Below, piece by piece: positions 21,001 through 34,959 of a DNA stretch of 64,000 bases. The position numbers and the translations under genes were made by a program. The stretch covers positions 5,394,001 to 5,458,000 of the forward strand of contig NC_087436.1 of assembly GCF_036321535.1 (NCBI RefSeq), read 5' to 3'. The stretch comes from Camelus dromedarius (taxonomy: Eukaryota). The notes under the pieces are model-generated. The model was not told the origin of the DNA. It saw only the letters and a program-made list of their open reading frames with translations, and did not search any database. The first letter of the stretch is position 1, and every line of letters begins with the position of its first letter.

Positions 21001-22084
21001 AGCTCTGTCCCTTATCTGATGTCTCTTACTGTTGGTAACAGGAAAGGGATCACAGAGAGGAGTTGGAAAACACAGGGGACGTATTTTGAGACGTATCTGA
21101 GAATGCTGACCAAAATGATTTTTAGGATGAGTGGACAGAACAGCACATTTACCTTGTAGTATTTACCAATGTAAATTGCCATTACGAACATTTTAGAAAG
21201 AGACTCTTCCAGATCAGGACTCGTTAAGACTGTATTGATACAGCTGCATTCTGAGCTTGGTAATTTGCAGTATTTTATTTATTATTTACCCTTTTTCCAA
21301 CAAATATTAACTATGTGTGTCAGGCACTGTGCAAGGTCTTGGGACAATTGAGGGCAGCCTAGATGAAGCCCTGAGAACGTCTGATTTGTAGGCTTTGGGT
21401 GGAGAAGAAAGATTGAGGAGAGGGGCTGAAGAACCAATCTTGTAATAAATCAGGAGGCGTGGTCACAAGGGCTGGGCCCAGAGTATGCATTCCATTGTTG
21501 GAGGTCAGGAAGGTGGTTAATGGAACCAGGTAGAGAAGGTGCTGGATCTGGGAATGTGGAGGTCACTGCTGACTGTGAAGAAAGCCGTGTTAGTGGCCAG
21601 GCAATGACAGTAGGTGGGATGGAATGAGTTGGGGAGGTAATTGGAGATTGCTTTTCAATTTAAAAAAATTCATTTATTATGACGTCTATGAAATTAATTT
21701 GTGCACTTCAGGCACACAGTTTGGTAAGCTTTGCCCGGTGTAGACACTGATGACACTGAACTGATGGGAATGACCGTATGAAAACACAGCAAGAAAGCAG
21801 CGCCTGTCAGCCACCATTGTTCCCTGTTGGTGTTTGTTGGGGTCATTTGCAAAAATACTTATTGCGCTTTAAGCCTTGTCTCAGGAACTGCTTCTAGGGG
21901 AATGTAAGCCCCCGTTGTTATGGACAGAACAATTTAGTCTGACGCAGGCCCCAGGACTTCAGCACTGAGCCAGGCCCCTGACTCTTGGCAAGTTTTGTGT
22001 GACAGAGCACACGTGTGTTTTCGGGGCATCCAGAGAACCTACCAGGTCCTGCTCAGCAAATCTGATTCCTCAGCCCCACCTTCT

Positions 22085-22709
22085 TGAGACAGGAGGGAAG
22101 GGGGCAGAGCACAGCCATTAAGAGAATGGCACAGCCCTTAGCACCAAGATGGCAGAAGACTCAACTCCCAGTAGACCCTGAGCTTCAGTCCACACTCATT
22201 GAAATACAGTAGCTGCCAAATGGCACTCCCACAGGCGCTGGGACAGTTTCAAGGCTGCCCATCAAAGGTCAAAGGGTGAGTGGTGGCCCAATTCCTGGGC
22301 ATCCCAGCCCCTTCCCCAAAGTGGTTGGAGTAATCCTCCCACTTGTTGGCATGTGAAGTTACCGAGCCCATAAAAACAAACAACCCTGCAGCTCGTGGCC
22401 GATCTCATCTTCCTGGCCAGCTCCATGCTCTGAGGCCTCCCCGCCCCCCGCTCTCCCTTCTGAGGAGGACAACCCACATTCTGCCTATGGAACATACACG
22501 TTCCTGGCCTTTCTCTGGCCTGTTGAGACGACCTGCACTCTGTCTATGGAGTGGGCATGTCTCTGAATAAATCCGTCTTAACTCTACTATGACGGACTCT
22601 TGAATTCTTTCCTGCGTGAAGCCCAAGACACTCACTTAATGGGTGCATCCCAAGGACCCGCCTGGGACCTGGGACGTGACCATCCTCTCGCCCCCTTTCC
22701 CTTGCATCG
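22085..22709 (+). mobile_element. ERV1-class solo LTR, MER41-like, same family as 14260-14913
   Basis: Starts TGAGACAGGA as the 14.3-kb copy does on its own strand. Contains ACCAAGATGGC, CCCATAAAAAC, CTCTGTCTATGGAGT, AATAAA and TTGAATTCTTTCCTGCG. TSD TTCT/CTCT. Confidence 0.85.
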
Positions 22710-24659
22710 CTCTCAGATAGCGAAGCCCTCTACATCACGTGTATGGGACTCTGAAATGAATATGCTCCATGAGTCTCATTCCAAGGGCCGATCCCAAATA
22801 TTTAACTGTTTGTATGACACCCACATATTGGCCTCAGTCCTGGAGCTGATTCGTGGAGGCTTTACGTTGGGCTGGGGTAGATCTTGCGACTGGATTTTGG
22901 AGAAGACCAAGGGGCCCTGGTGAGGCAGACAGGGGGCCAGGGTGTTTGAAGGGGGGACTACAGGTACGGAGAGGGAGCCGGACAGAGACAAAGCCTCATG
23001 ACGTGCCGTGGGACCTGTGTGCTGGAAGGAGGAATGTTTCCATCTCACTTCTTTTAAACCCGGTTTACAATGAGATTTCTTTTGTTGTTGTTGTCTTGTT
23101 ATTTACTTGTTTATTTGTTTACTTATTTATTTTTATTGAAGTACAGTCAATGACAACATGTCAATCTCTGGTGTACCTACATGCAATGAGGTTTCTGTCA
23201 CTTGTGAAATAAACCCTTCAGGCTGGTTGATCACCTGAGGTGGGGTCTGAGAAAGCATCCCCGATTCCTCCTCTCCCTCCTAGTGCAGGGACCGCCAATG
23301 CCATCTTTGAAATAGTTCTTCAATCTGCATCCCCCCGTCCTGGTGTTATTGTTCTATTTAAGGGCTTCGTTATCTCTGCCTGAGCTATTTTAGCTGCCGC
23401 TAAGTTGACCTTGCTGCTTCGGGTCTTATCTTTCTCAGATTCACACTCCTTCTTTCCAGGTGTGACCGTGTGGCTCCTGTCCTTGAAATTCTGCAGTGTT
23501 GTCCGTCGGGACAGATGATGCAGCTGGACAGTCACCAGCCTGTTGTCTCTGCCTGTCCTTCATCTTCTAACTCTGCCGCTGGTCCCCGCGACATCAAACC
23601 ACATGCATTTTCTCCTGCGCATCAGGCTGTCTCTTGCCTTCAGACTTTTACTTCTAAACTCCTCCCCTTTTCCTCCCTGGCAGGTGTCTGTTTACATATG
23701 AGGTCACAGCCCTGACACCATTTCCATCTGGAAACATTCTGGATAACTCCGTGCTGAGTCACAGGACTCTTCTCTGTGATCCTGGAGCCGGAGAACCTCT
23801 CCATCCTCCCACTTGCCACACCATGTTACTTCTATTCATTCACATGTGCTCACCTCCCATCCTGGTCCCCAGAGTCTTGGGAGAGGACTTGGGACACAAA
23901 AGCACATGGCGGACATTCATTAAATGTTGGCTGACTCAGAAAATACCCATCCATCTGAGCTTAATACACAAATGGAACATGCTTTAAAAACTGTATTTTA
24001 AGCAATGTCAACCCTCTTGGAATTTGTGACTGACATCCCACAGACTCTATGGAGTATAACAGAGTCCTTTGGGAAAGGTGTTTGTTAAAAACAAAATTAG
24101 CCACATTAATTTATAGATAGAGTTCTATTAGGAGCATAAATTTAAAAGTACATTATTGTTCTGTCATGAAACTACTAGAAAGGTATTGAAACTACACGTG
24201 ACAAGTGTGCGAATTGGAGTCACTCGTGTTTCACTGCCTCCTTCACCCCAACAGAGCCAAAGAAAAAATTGCCAAGAATTGTATTCATAAAATAGCAATA
24301 ATTTTTCAACAACTGGTAGGCTCCCCTCACATGAACAGGAGAAGATTAAAAATATGGGGTTATTGGAAGCTCATGGCATCAAGTCAAATGTTGACAGGCC
24401 AAGTCCTGTGAGCATATTCTAAATCTAATAAATTCCAAACAGGAAATGTGTATCATTGAATCAGCACACCCCTGTTACCAGGCACATGGCATTGTACAAA
24501 AAGCAACATTATATACTTTTTTGATGGTAAACAGATGTTATTTAAAAATATATACTAATAAGCCCACAAAAACTTGAAAATTTTCTTTTTAAGTGTTAAA
24601 GAATTATTATTGTTCATTAGGCATGCATTAAGAGATTAATAAACATTAGAATGGAGCAA

Positions 24660-24734
24660 ATTTTTTATTGTAGTCAGTTTATAATGTTGTGTTAATTTCT
24701 GGTGTACAGCATAGTGTTTAATCATATATATATA

Positions 24735-24782
<48 letters not shown>

Positions 24783-25372
24783 CCTTTTCAGATTCTTTTT
24801 CATTATAGGTTATTACAAGGTATTGAATATAGTTCCCTATGCTATATATATAGGTCTTTGTTGCTTATCTATTTTATATTCGGTAGTGTATATCTGCTAA
24901 TCCTAAACTCCTAATTTATCCCTTCCCCTTCCCCTTTGGTAACCATGTTTGTTTTCTATGTCCATGAGTCTGTTTCTGTTTTGTAAATGAGTTCATTTGT
25001 ATCATATTTTAGATTTCATATTTAAGTGATAGTGTATAATATTTGTCTTTCTCGGTCTGACTTACCTCACTTAGCAAAATGCACTTCAGGTCCATCCATG
25101 TTGCTAGAAATGGTATTATTTTATTCTTTTTCATGGCTGAGTAATATTCCATTGTATAAATCCTATACCACATCTTCTTTATCCAGTCATCTGTCGATGG
25201 ACACTTAGGTTGCTTCCGTGTCTCGGCTATTGTAAATAGTGCTGCTATGAACATTGGGGTGTATGCATCTTTTTGAATTAGAGTTTCCTCCAGATTTATG
25301 TCCAGGAGTGGGATTGCTGGATCATGTCATAACACTATTCTTAGTTTTTTCCATCATGGCTGCACCAAATTA
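24660..25372 (-). mobile_element. LINE-1 3' fragment (ORF2 C-terminus + 3'UTR) with internal (TA)n
   Basis: ORF 25009-25254 MFIAALFTIAETRKQPKCPSTDDWIKKMW...MEYYSAMKKN is the L1 ORF2 end. (TA)n at ~24724-24779. Confidence 0.93.
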
Positions 25373-26821
25373 TGTATTTTTTAAGTTTAAATTATTTAGA
25401 ATAAATTTGAAAATGTATTTAAATTCCTTAAAATACATTTTAAAATTTATTAATAAATCTTATCCCGCATTTGTTCTTTCTCATCAATAAAAAGGTGTAT
25501 AAAAGACAAGTTATTGCTAATATCATCTAACAAAATCAATAGACCAAAATTTAATTCTCTTGCTATATATTTGGCTGAGCTGGTTCATAACAAGCATTTT
25601 GTCAAAGTGAAAGTATGTACTAATGTGGATTAGCCACTAGAGGGATCACATTTCTGAAAAGATTATATCATGCACCAGGTTCCATGAACATTAGCAAGTG
25701 CTGTTGAATGCCTACACAGTGGGTAACCCAGTACCAAAATGAGGAAAACATGTTGCCCATATGTTGAGAATCTAGAATGAGGGCACACTCATCCCTAAAT
25801 TTTTATAACAACATGTAGAAGTTCTGTAAACAAGAAATATACACAACTTCAGGAACACAGATGATCAAGGAAGGTCCTTGAAGTTGACCAAGTGAGTCCT
25901 GAGATCAAACCCTAGAACCACAGGAGCGTTGGAAAGCTGACACTGGTCCTGTGTCTCCATTTTGGTTTCAAAAGTCAAATTCTGCATCTCCACCACTCCC
26001 TGACACCGTGGCAGAGTCCCAAGGGTCTCACTGGTGCTAGCACGTCCTAGGTACCAAGGACCTACCAGTGACCAGAAGCTCCTGGCTCTCTGGGAGCCTG
26101 ATGGCAACTGGAAAAGGCAGGCATGGTGTCCTAAATGCTGTGGGAGGAAGATCAGTACCTGCAGAACAGAAAGGAAACCTCACCTGGACGACGGGGCAGA
26201 AATGGCTTTCCCAGTGGGAGGTGCTTCTAAGCAGAGATATTATGGGAGGTGTTCAGGTAAAGGTGGGAAGGCAGAAAGTTCTAATAAGAAAAAAAATTAA
26301 AAATCATCTGTTAAAACCTGGAAACAAGGGGAAGCTTGGCTTATTGAGGGAATTGAAACAAAACTGTGCAGTGTCATTGGTTCTTGAGGACTAAGGAAGG
26401 GGAGGGGTCAACACAGAGGAGGAGGAGGGGCTAGAACTGAAGATCTCAAGATGGTCCAGCCTCTACGTGGACTATTTAAAAGAAAATCAGATCTTAGATG
26501 TGAAGTTTCACTTCTAGCTGACACCTTCTGGCTAGCACGTGGTTCCAGTGGTAGGATAAACCAGGGTCTGTCTCTCCTTCACCTCCAACTTGTTTCTTTA
26601 AATACCTCTTATGATATTATTATTTCCCTCCACCCCTTTGTTTTTGCCCCAGGCTGCAAGTGGATAGAGAGTGGGTTGTCATTGATGAAGGATGTGGTCG
26701 AAGAGGAGAAAAAAAAAATCCTTCAATCATACATCAACATGTTACTTCCACTAATGTTCTCAAACAACAGATGTGCAAAACTTATGACATTGTTTAGTGC
26801 AAAAGGCAAAGACAGAAAGAG

Positions 26822-27316
26822 TGTGAATGAAAAATATTTCGGCCATATCAGTAAGCAAAGGATGCTGTGACCAGCAAGTGATCACCGCTACCGTCACCCC
26901 AGACAGTGAGCAGAGGGAACTTGGGATACTGACAAGCAGGCAGCCTGGCCTCTGCCACCACCCCCAACAGTTGAACTCAGGATGTGAAAAAACAGGATAC
27001 TGGTCCTCAATGGCAAGGTGCACATCAAAGCAATGATTTCAATGAGCGCAGACCTTCCCACCTTCCATACGTAGAAAAGTGCTAAACTCATTAACTTGAG
27101 ACATCTGGCTTTTTAAAATCAACAGTCATTTTTGATGTTCTGACTTCTTGGTCCTTGTGGCAAAAACCCCTGTATATCTTGCGTCCTCCCTTGCCTGGGT
27201 GGAACAGTCTCTTAGAGTGATCTGAGAGGCTGCCTCCCAGGCTTGAGGCTTCAGAAAGTGCACCGAATAAAACAGAACCCTCAGCTTGTAGCTTGTGCAT
27301 CTTATTTCAGTCAACA
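26822..27316 (+). mobile_element. ERV1-class solo LTR, copy A
   Basis: TGTGAATG...GTCAACA with perfect 4-bp TSD AGAG (26818-26821 / 27317-27320) and AATAAA near the 3' end. Confidence 0.88.
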
Positions 27317-27548
27317 AGAGGGAAAACTTGAGTGTCCTACTAGTCCATGGAAAGAAGAATTTCTGCAACCATTTACATCTGTTGAGCTTGATGTTAACTG
27401 AAGGGTGCAAGATTCAGATGCTGAAACAGGTCATTTCCTCATCAGATCTTGACATAACTGTGAAGAGTGACCTGGAAGGAGGAGCTTCTGTTTGGGCAGG
27501 AAGGTTTGCTGTGACCGATGAAACAGGTTCCTAAAGTCAGCTGTCCAT

Positions 27549-28053
27549 TGTCGGCGGAAGTAAAACGCACAAGCTAAAAGTTGAGAGTTACGTTTTAGTT
27601 GGTGGATTTTGTTAGGACTCAAGCCCGGGACACAGCCTCTCAGATCACTCCAAGAGGCTGTTCCAAAGCGGTAACGAGGAGCCAGGGTTTATAGGCGTTT
27701 TTGCAACAAAGACCAGGTGGTTGGAACATCAAAAGATTACTGTTTATTAAAGAAAACCAGATACCCCAAGTTAAGGAATTTAGTGGTTTTCTACGTAAGG
27801 GAAGGTGGGAAGGTCTGGGCTCATTGAAATCATTCCTTCAATGTGCACCTAGCTGTCTAGGGCCAGTGTCCTGCTCATTCCCATCCTGAGTCTCCTCAGG
27901 GGGAACCGCTGGGGGTGGCAGCAGAGGCCACACTGCCTGCTTGTCTGTACCTGAGCCCCCTCCGCTCAGTGTCGGGGGTGGCGGTAGTGGCTGATGACCT
28001 GATGGTCACAGCATCCTTTGTTTACTGATACGGCTGCAATGTTTTCATTCACA
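27549..28053 (-). mobile_element. ERV1-class solo LTR, copy B (same family as copy A, inverted)
   Basis: Reverse complement begins TGTGAATGAAAACATTGCAGCCGTATCAGTAAACAAAGGATGCTGTGACC and aligns end-to-end with copy A. TSD CCAT/CCCT. Confidence 0.88.
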
Positions 28054-29499
28054 CCCTGGTGGGGGTGTGACTGAGATGGTTTTGTTTCCACACCTGCCAT
28101 TGGGCTCCTGTACAACCCACTGGGCAGAGGCCCCAGCCTCCCCGGGCCTTTTGGATATTAGCACAATGTCATTTTAGCTTTAAATTGTTGCTCCAACCTA
28201 ATGTCATCATTTCAGTCTCTCAAATCTCCTCCCCTTCCAGCTCCGACCCAGCCTGGGAATCCTGCCCCAGTGTGGCCTGGGCGGGGGGGCAGGTTGCCTC
28301 ACTCCTTCCCCAGCTGGCTCCTCCGGTCCCCCTCTTCCCACCTCCCTGCTGATGCTCTGAGGATGAGGACCGACTGGGTGGAGGAAGGAGAGGAAAGGAC
28401 TAGTCCTTCAGGGACTGGTGCTCTCGCAGTACGGAATGTGGGCCTTCCCAGAGCCTGTTTCTCTCCTGCTGGGTTGGGGACACCCCTACACCCACCCCTT
28501 CTCCAACGGTGGTTTCCTAACCCAAGCAGTACAAGTTTTGGCCAGCATTTCCCTGATATTTGCCACCCCACTCTCGGCCCTCGGGCACTCACGAGGAGCC
28601 ATCGCTGATGTAACATGCCTTCCGCCTGACTCACACCTGGCCGCCGTCCAGACCACGGCCTCGGGCTTTGGGAAATGTTCCACTTCTTTTGCCCATCAAA
28701 TTCTTTACGGCCCGGCCACACCCCTGGCAGCTGCAGTCTGTGCTCTGATTTTTAAGTAACTCCAACCCTGGACTTGGACTCCTCTGGGGAAGAATCCGTC
28801 ACCTCTGCCTTGACTGTCCCCCACCCCCAGCCCGGGGGACCACAGAGCCCTGAGCACTGGCCACTGTGTTCGGAAGGCCTGAGTTTCTGCATCTTCACGG
28901 ACAGCAGCCTGGGTCCAGAGATACATTTCTGGGTTTCTGGAACGCTGCTCCATTCTCCACCACTGACTGTTTCAAACCATCCACATCAAAGGTTCTTATC
29001 ATACTGTCCTCGGCTTTGGAGGCTGAGCCAAAGCACCCACGAAGCGGAGTCTCACCTTCACATCCTACTCCAGGAAGATGACTCATGATGGTGTTTCCGA
29101 TGGTGGGGCTGTCCCAGGAGACGCAATCCACACACACGACCAGGATCGAATTGAATCATGAAATTAGTGACTCTAGGTTGAAATCCTCCACAAGACATGC
29201 AGTCCAGTTCCAGAATCAAAACAGTTTAATAAATGGTAAAAGAATCCTGATAAGATTCTGTCCAAACTCTGCATGAGCACCCCTGGAAACAGGAAATTTC
29301 TACATCTCAAAGGTGACCACACCGTTTCTGTACAGATCTAACTGCTGGCAAGTTTGGACTTACATTATGTCAAAATTTCTGTGTAAATTTTACCCCATTT
29401 TTTTCAGATTTATCCTCTAAGAACTCATCAAACCTGACTGGTCACATTTCTGCTTGGGAGCCCTTTAGGTTTTTGGAAAATAATAATCATTTCCTTTTT

Positions 29500-29765
29500 A
29501 ACTTATTTTTAAAAATGTTTTTAATCAAAATATAGTCAGTTTACAATGTGATATTAATTTCTGGTGTACAGGATAGTGATTCAGTTATATATATATATTT
29601 TTTCTTTTCATTTTTTTCATTACAGGCTATTACAAGGTGCTGTATATAATTCCCTGTGCTGTACAGTAGGACCTTGCTGTTTATCTATTTTATATATAGT
29701 AGTGTGGATCTGCAAATCCCAAACACCCAATTTATCCCTCCTCGCCCCCCTTTCTTTTCCCTATT
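29500..29765 (-). mobile_element. LINE-1 3'UTR fragment
   Basis: TATAGTCAGTTTACAATG...TTCCCTGTGCTGTACAGTAGGACCTTG...AATTTATCCCTCC. Confidence 0.8.
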
Positions 29766-31294
29766 AGATTAATCTTCTCCAACCTAAATTTTTCCCACTT
29801 GTTCTCTATAAAGCAGTTTCAAGGTTTCCCTACTACTTTTCGCCACCCCTCTCATTGTTTTCCAGTTTATCCAATGTCCTACTTAAAAGCTGGTAGTCAG
29901 AATTTACAACACCAGGAACAGTGAAACAGGAACACATCTCTGTCTGAAGTTAATTTCAGAAAAGGGTTCAATCACAACTCTCATGCAGATGTAATATGAA
30001 TACCTGTTAAAGATTCCTTAAGCTCAGAATCCACGACAAAACCAGGCAGATGCGATAACTGGTTCCAAAGAATCCAAAGAATGGACATATTTATAGGTCA
30101 AGAAAACTGAAATGATGGCGCAAACGGGGGCAGAGCTGTTTATTCCACGATGGGCGGCGGGGAATCGTCCATGAAGCCTCCATGGACAGGACAGAATTTG
30201 CATGGACGTGGATAAGAATGATCTTGTGTTGCTGCCAGTTGTCTCCAGTTCATGGAGTCAGGGCGACAGCTTTCAGATCATCTGAAGAGTGAAAATCAAA
30301 TCACCCAGGGAGGGTCCACTTCCCTTGCTAAAGATACTGTCTTACCTTGAACTCCACAAAATAATAACACACATAGAACCCAACGCCTACATAGTTATAA
30401 AACAGCCGTGTATCTTTTTAAAAAGTTTCTTCATATGTATAAGGACTAGTAGTCACCCCAATAAACACTGAAATTAACCTTAGCTTATGTAAGGGGGAAA
30501 AAAAAGTAAGCATTAAAATCGTGTTTGCCCTTTGGTGGTGTGTCCTAAATGAGATTGATATCAGTAGTTTACTAACTGTGCCCCGTCCCTCAAGTTCCCC
30601 ACCTCACGAAGTCTCTAGGTTTGTCAGTTCCAGATCAGTTACTAAGTCAAGTAAATTCAACAAACGTCAACTGAACTTGCAAACCAACGATATACATGAA
30701 AAACAACAATAAAATAAAAGTCTAGAGTTATGTGCAGGTAAATCATATTCCATCTGGACAGGGCAAGGGGAGGGCGTGTGTAAATAAATTGTAAGGCAAA
30801 ATATAACTTAATTACAGGCAACAAAAATAAGCTATTGGAATTTTTTTTAATGCATTAATGTTTTCGGTCAAAAAAAAAATCCAAAACTTAATGGGAAAAT
30901 TGCATTTCCTTAAATTCTGTCAGGGTACAGACCACTCACGGAAAAGGAACACAAAGAGAATGCATCTTAGATTAGAAGAGTGGGAAATACAGCTGGGTCA
31001 TCCAAGGGTCTGGAATGTCAAGCGGAAGAATTTTTATTGAACTCAGAAGCGAAGGAGGGCCATGGGAAGTTTTCGAGATTTTTCTTTGCATGAGAAGAGC
31101 GACATTGTGATTGATCCTGGCGGGGCTGTGAGGAAGATGGTCAAAGGCAGAGACTGAGGAGAGGGTGCCCCCAGGGAGTAAAACTGACACGACCTGGCTG
31201 CCGCATTTTGCCTGGACGTCAGCAGGGGTGTGCGTGGACAGGGGAGAAGGAAATGGAAGATGCTTCCGAGTCTTCCAGTTTAGGTAAAAATCCG

Positions 31295-31665
31295 TTGTTT
31301 CCTGGGGCTACCGGAACAGAGTACCACAAACCTGGTGGGCTGACACAGTAGAGATTTATTCTCTCACTCTTCTGGAGGCTGGACGTCCCAAGTCCACTCT
31401 GAAGGCTCTGGGGAAGGGTCCTTGGTGTGCAGGTGTGCCCCTCCAGCCTCCGTCTCTGTCTTGACATCCTCCTCCTCTGTTTCCCCTGTGTCTCTGAGTG
31501 TCTTCCTCCCTTCCCATAAGGACACCAGTCATTGGACTGTAGGGCTCAGCCTAACCCACTTTGATCTTAAGCCTTAACCCTTGGCAAAATAAAGTGACTT
31601 TCGGAGGTTCCTGGAGAGGGCAGCGGGAAACAATGACTTTGTAGGAGACACACTTCAACCCACTG
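31295..31665 (-). mobile_element. MaLR LTR (MLT1-type)
   Basis: TACCACAAAC...GATTTATTCTCTCACTCTTCTGGAGGCTGG...ATAAGGACACCAGTCATTGGA is diagnostic of MLT1. Confidence 0.75.
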
Positions 31666-32617
31666 CAGGTAACTTGGACAAAAGTGGGCTCATGGAGGCA
31701 AATAGATGTTTCCCGGCCTGTCCGCTTGGGGAAGCAGCTTCCTGTGAAGGTAGATTCACGTCGGGGTGCTGACGGCAGGTGTGTGAATGGTAGGAGCTGG
31801 ATCCCACTGACTCTTGGCCATGAAGCACAGAGCCAAGGATGACAACTTCATCATAATCATCATTATTATTATTAATAACAATAGATGGGGTCAGTGGCAA
31901 AATTAAACGTATGGAAAAGAAGATATTTTTAAACAAAATTGACTCTAAATTAGTGAGGCAGAGAGGCAGAAGCCAGACAAGAGGTCGTTTCCTGGCTCCC
32001 CGAACACTAGCAACGTGGTGTATTGGTACCAACGCAAAGCTAAGATCCGGCTCACTGTGCACGAAGAGCACCACCTCCACCCAGGCTGGAGCCTCTGCAC
32101 GTGGGAGAAGGAGGTCGGAGATGGCTGGCAGTGCAAAGCCTGATCTAAGATGGGTCTTTTGACTCAGGGGCTTGATCGGGGTTGGGAATGATCACGCACA
32201 GTGGTCCAGGGCTGCTGGAAACAGGCAGGCTGGGATCTGGAGGAGAGAAATTCAAAGTCGTAGGGCTCAAGATATCGATGCTTTCCACCGAAAAATGGGT
32301 GGGTCTCTCAGAAAGCTCTTGTCATGAGCAAGCACGTCACTTGCCTGAGTGAGTCTCCAGGAAAGGGAGGGAGAGACAGTCAAGTCAGTGGGCCGGCAGA
32401 TCACTGACGCCATCGGCAGCGAGGCGTGGCTTCTGCTCTCAGTGTCCTTCTGGAGGTGAGGGCAGACAGCTCCGCGGCAATGAGAGAGACCAGGTCCCCG
32501 CCGGCAGGCGTAGGGTGAGAGGTCGGAAAAGGAATCTGGGTGAATTTCTCAAGGCATAGACACGAGGTCAAGGTGATGGTAATGCTTTATTTCTGTTTAT
32601 TTTTTTAAAGATGCCTG

Positions 32618-32827
32618 TACAAATACAGATGAAAAAAACCCCTGATTTCTTCTGTGTAGCACAGGAAACTATATTCAGTATCTTGTAATAATCTTTAATG
32701 ACAAAGACTATGCAAATGAGTCTATGTATATATATGCATGACTGGGACATTGTGCTGTACATCAGAAATTGGCACGTTGTCATTGACTGTACTTCAATAA
32801 AAAGAATAAATAAATAAATAATTTTAA
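32618..32827 (+). mobile_element. Short young L1-tail insertion
   Basis: TTTCTTCTGTGTAGCACAG...ATGACTGGGACATTGTGCTGTAC...polyA, with TSD AAAGATGCCTG on both sides. Confidence 0.88.
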
Positions 32828-34959
32828 AAAGATGCCTGCAACTTTGGCCAAGGGTTAAAAAAGGGGTTCTGAGTATATCCAAATTTTGGAACAGAATTAA
32901 TACATGCAGGATGGAAATGATAAAATTGATAAATAGAAGGCATTAGGGAAGCATGCTTATGTTAACAATAGTCAGGATGGTTTCAATATATTGGTCTGGA
33001 AAACGTTCTAGAGCATCGCAATATCCAAGTCTCTTCTTTCTGGATTGTTGGAAGAACCTTACTCACCAACGCTCTTGCAAACAGGCAAAGCCATGTGGTT
33101 AGTGATGACCCAGGAGCTGAGCTGTAAGGAGACATAACTTCTGCATGTCCCTTCCGGGCAGAGGCAGTGACATCTACTGTGTGACCCTCCAGCTCGCTCC
33201 TTCCCTGACTGTGATCTTGGGGTTGCGGAGGGACATGCTGGAGCCACGGGGCAGAACACTGTAGACCCCTGACCCATTTGAAGGGAGTTTCTTGGGACAG
33301 GTCACTGGGCTTGCAGCAGACTCTCTGAAGGCAAGAAATATGCTCTGTGTGTGTGTGTGTGTGTGTCCATTGCCGCTTTGGATTGTACTCATTCCTGCAA
33401 AAAGTCTATCATACACTGTATACCAAATGCTACAAAGTAATAAAAATGACCAAGTGATGACAAAGTGGGTAAAAAACATATTGATTAATGTTTGAAGGAC
33501 TCTGATGATGAAGAAAAGGAGAAAAAGAAGGGTAATTTCAAGGTCTTAAGGGAAAATGCACATTTTGGCTGTTTTATTTGATTTTATAAAATTTGGATGG
33601 GAGGGCTGCATTCAGAGATTCCAAGTTAACGTTTTTGATTTTTAGATCATAAAACACAACCTGTTTTAGCGGATCCTGCCACTTTTTACCTTCTGATCCC
33701 ATACTTGGTTGGAAACTCATGTCAGAATTCACACATTTGGTGATTTGCCAAGAATTTGAACTCGTCATTGCCAGGAACTTGATCTCATTGAAACTAAGGG
33801 CCCAAAATTAAATCACTTTATTCTTTCCCAAAATATTCTCTGTGACTTGTTTGCTCTAGATTATTGAAATATATTTAGGTAGCATTTGACAGAAGAAATA
33901 CTTTAAATTGTTCTTGATTTTATCATACACTATTTTCGTGGGAAATTATTTTTGTACCCTTTCCACCAATTGCCAGTTCAGTACAATGTGTTCTCATAAT
34001 TCCAGGAAGTGGTGCTCAGGTTGTCAAGATGATGTGTTGCATAATCGGTAACAGTAAATAGGCTAATTCTTTGAAGCGATTCCTGCTGGAAGGTGTGTAA
34101 AATTATCCACTGGAAGGTGCCAGAACATACCTGCCAACGACGGAAACCCAAGAGTTGAATGAGTCAGGGAGATAAATAAGGAAATGTGCTATAACTGTCT
34201 TAAAAATTGAAATATTAGGCTGGGAGGCACTGTGAAATTACACAGTGATCCCTTGTTTTATGAGGCGAAGTGTTCTGGTAGAAAAAAAGATGTATCTATC
34301 ACTAACCCACTATTGCTGCTGGACTCGGAGTGCGTGCTTTGTCAAAACATGTCAGTATAGAGGAAAAACAACCCCCTGCTATTCAACATCTGTCCATATA
34401 CTTTTGGTAACAAGGGAATGGATGAATGAGTGAATGTAGCCACTGAGCAATTGGTCTAAAAGATGAGAGGATATCCCTTTGTGAAAATGAGAAAAGGCTT
34501 GAAAAACCAGGAAAAGCTTAACCTGTTAGTGGGTAATCTCTCTTCCTGGAAGACAAGGGAGCCCAGTTGCTGGGTTTGGTGCTGGGTTCGGGCCTGGGTA
34601 GGAAGTCACTGAGCTGGGCTTGGAGGTGGGGGACGTGATCACTTGACAGGAGGCTTAAGCGGCTGAGCTTTGAGAAGCAGTCATAGGAAGAAGCCAAATT
34701 AGAAGGAAGACAGATGTCCAGAAGTCTTCTTCTGAAACGCCCTAAATCAGAGGAAGGCAAGAGAGCAGAAATCGGGATAAAAACTGGAGGGTCAGGACCC
34801 AAACCAATTCTTGGAAGCAAAGCGTAATCATTGCAAAAAATTCTTAGAAGACGAGGCAAACATGCTGTTGCAGGGATTGCTAGCAGTATCCTAATGTCTA
34901 GTCTCCCTTACTTTCTTAGTAGTAATAACTTTGAAGGTCAGTGAACAACTTGTAGTCCA

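Noticed and set aside
14260..22709. The two MER41-like LTRs as ends of one provirus
   Set aside because: Opposite orientation, separate TSDs and no gag/pol between them.
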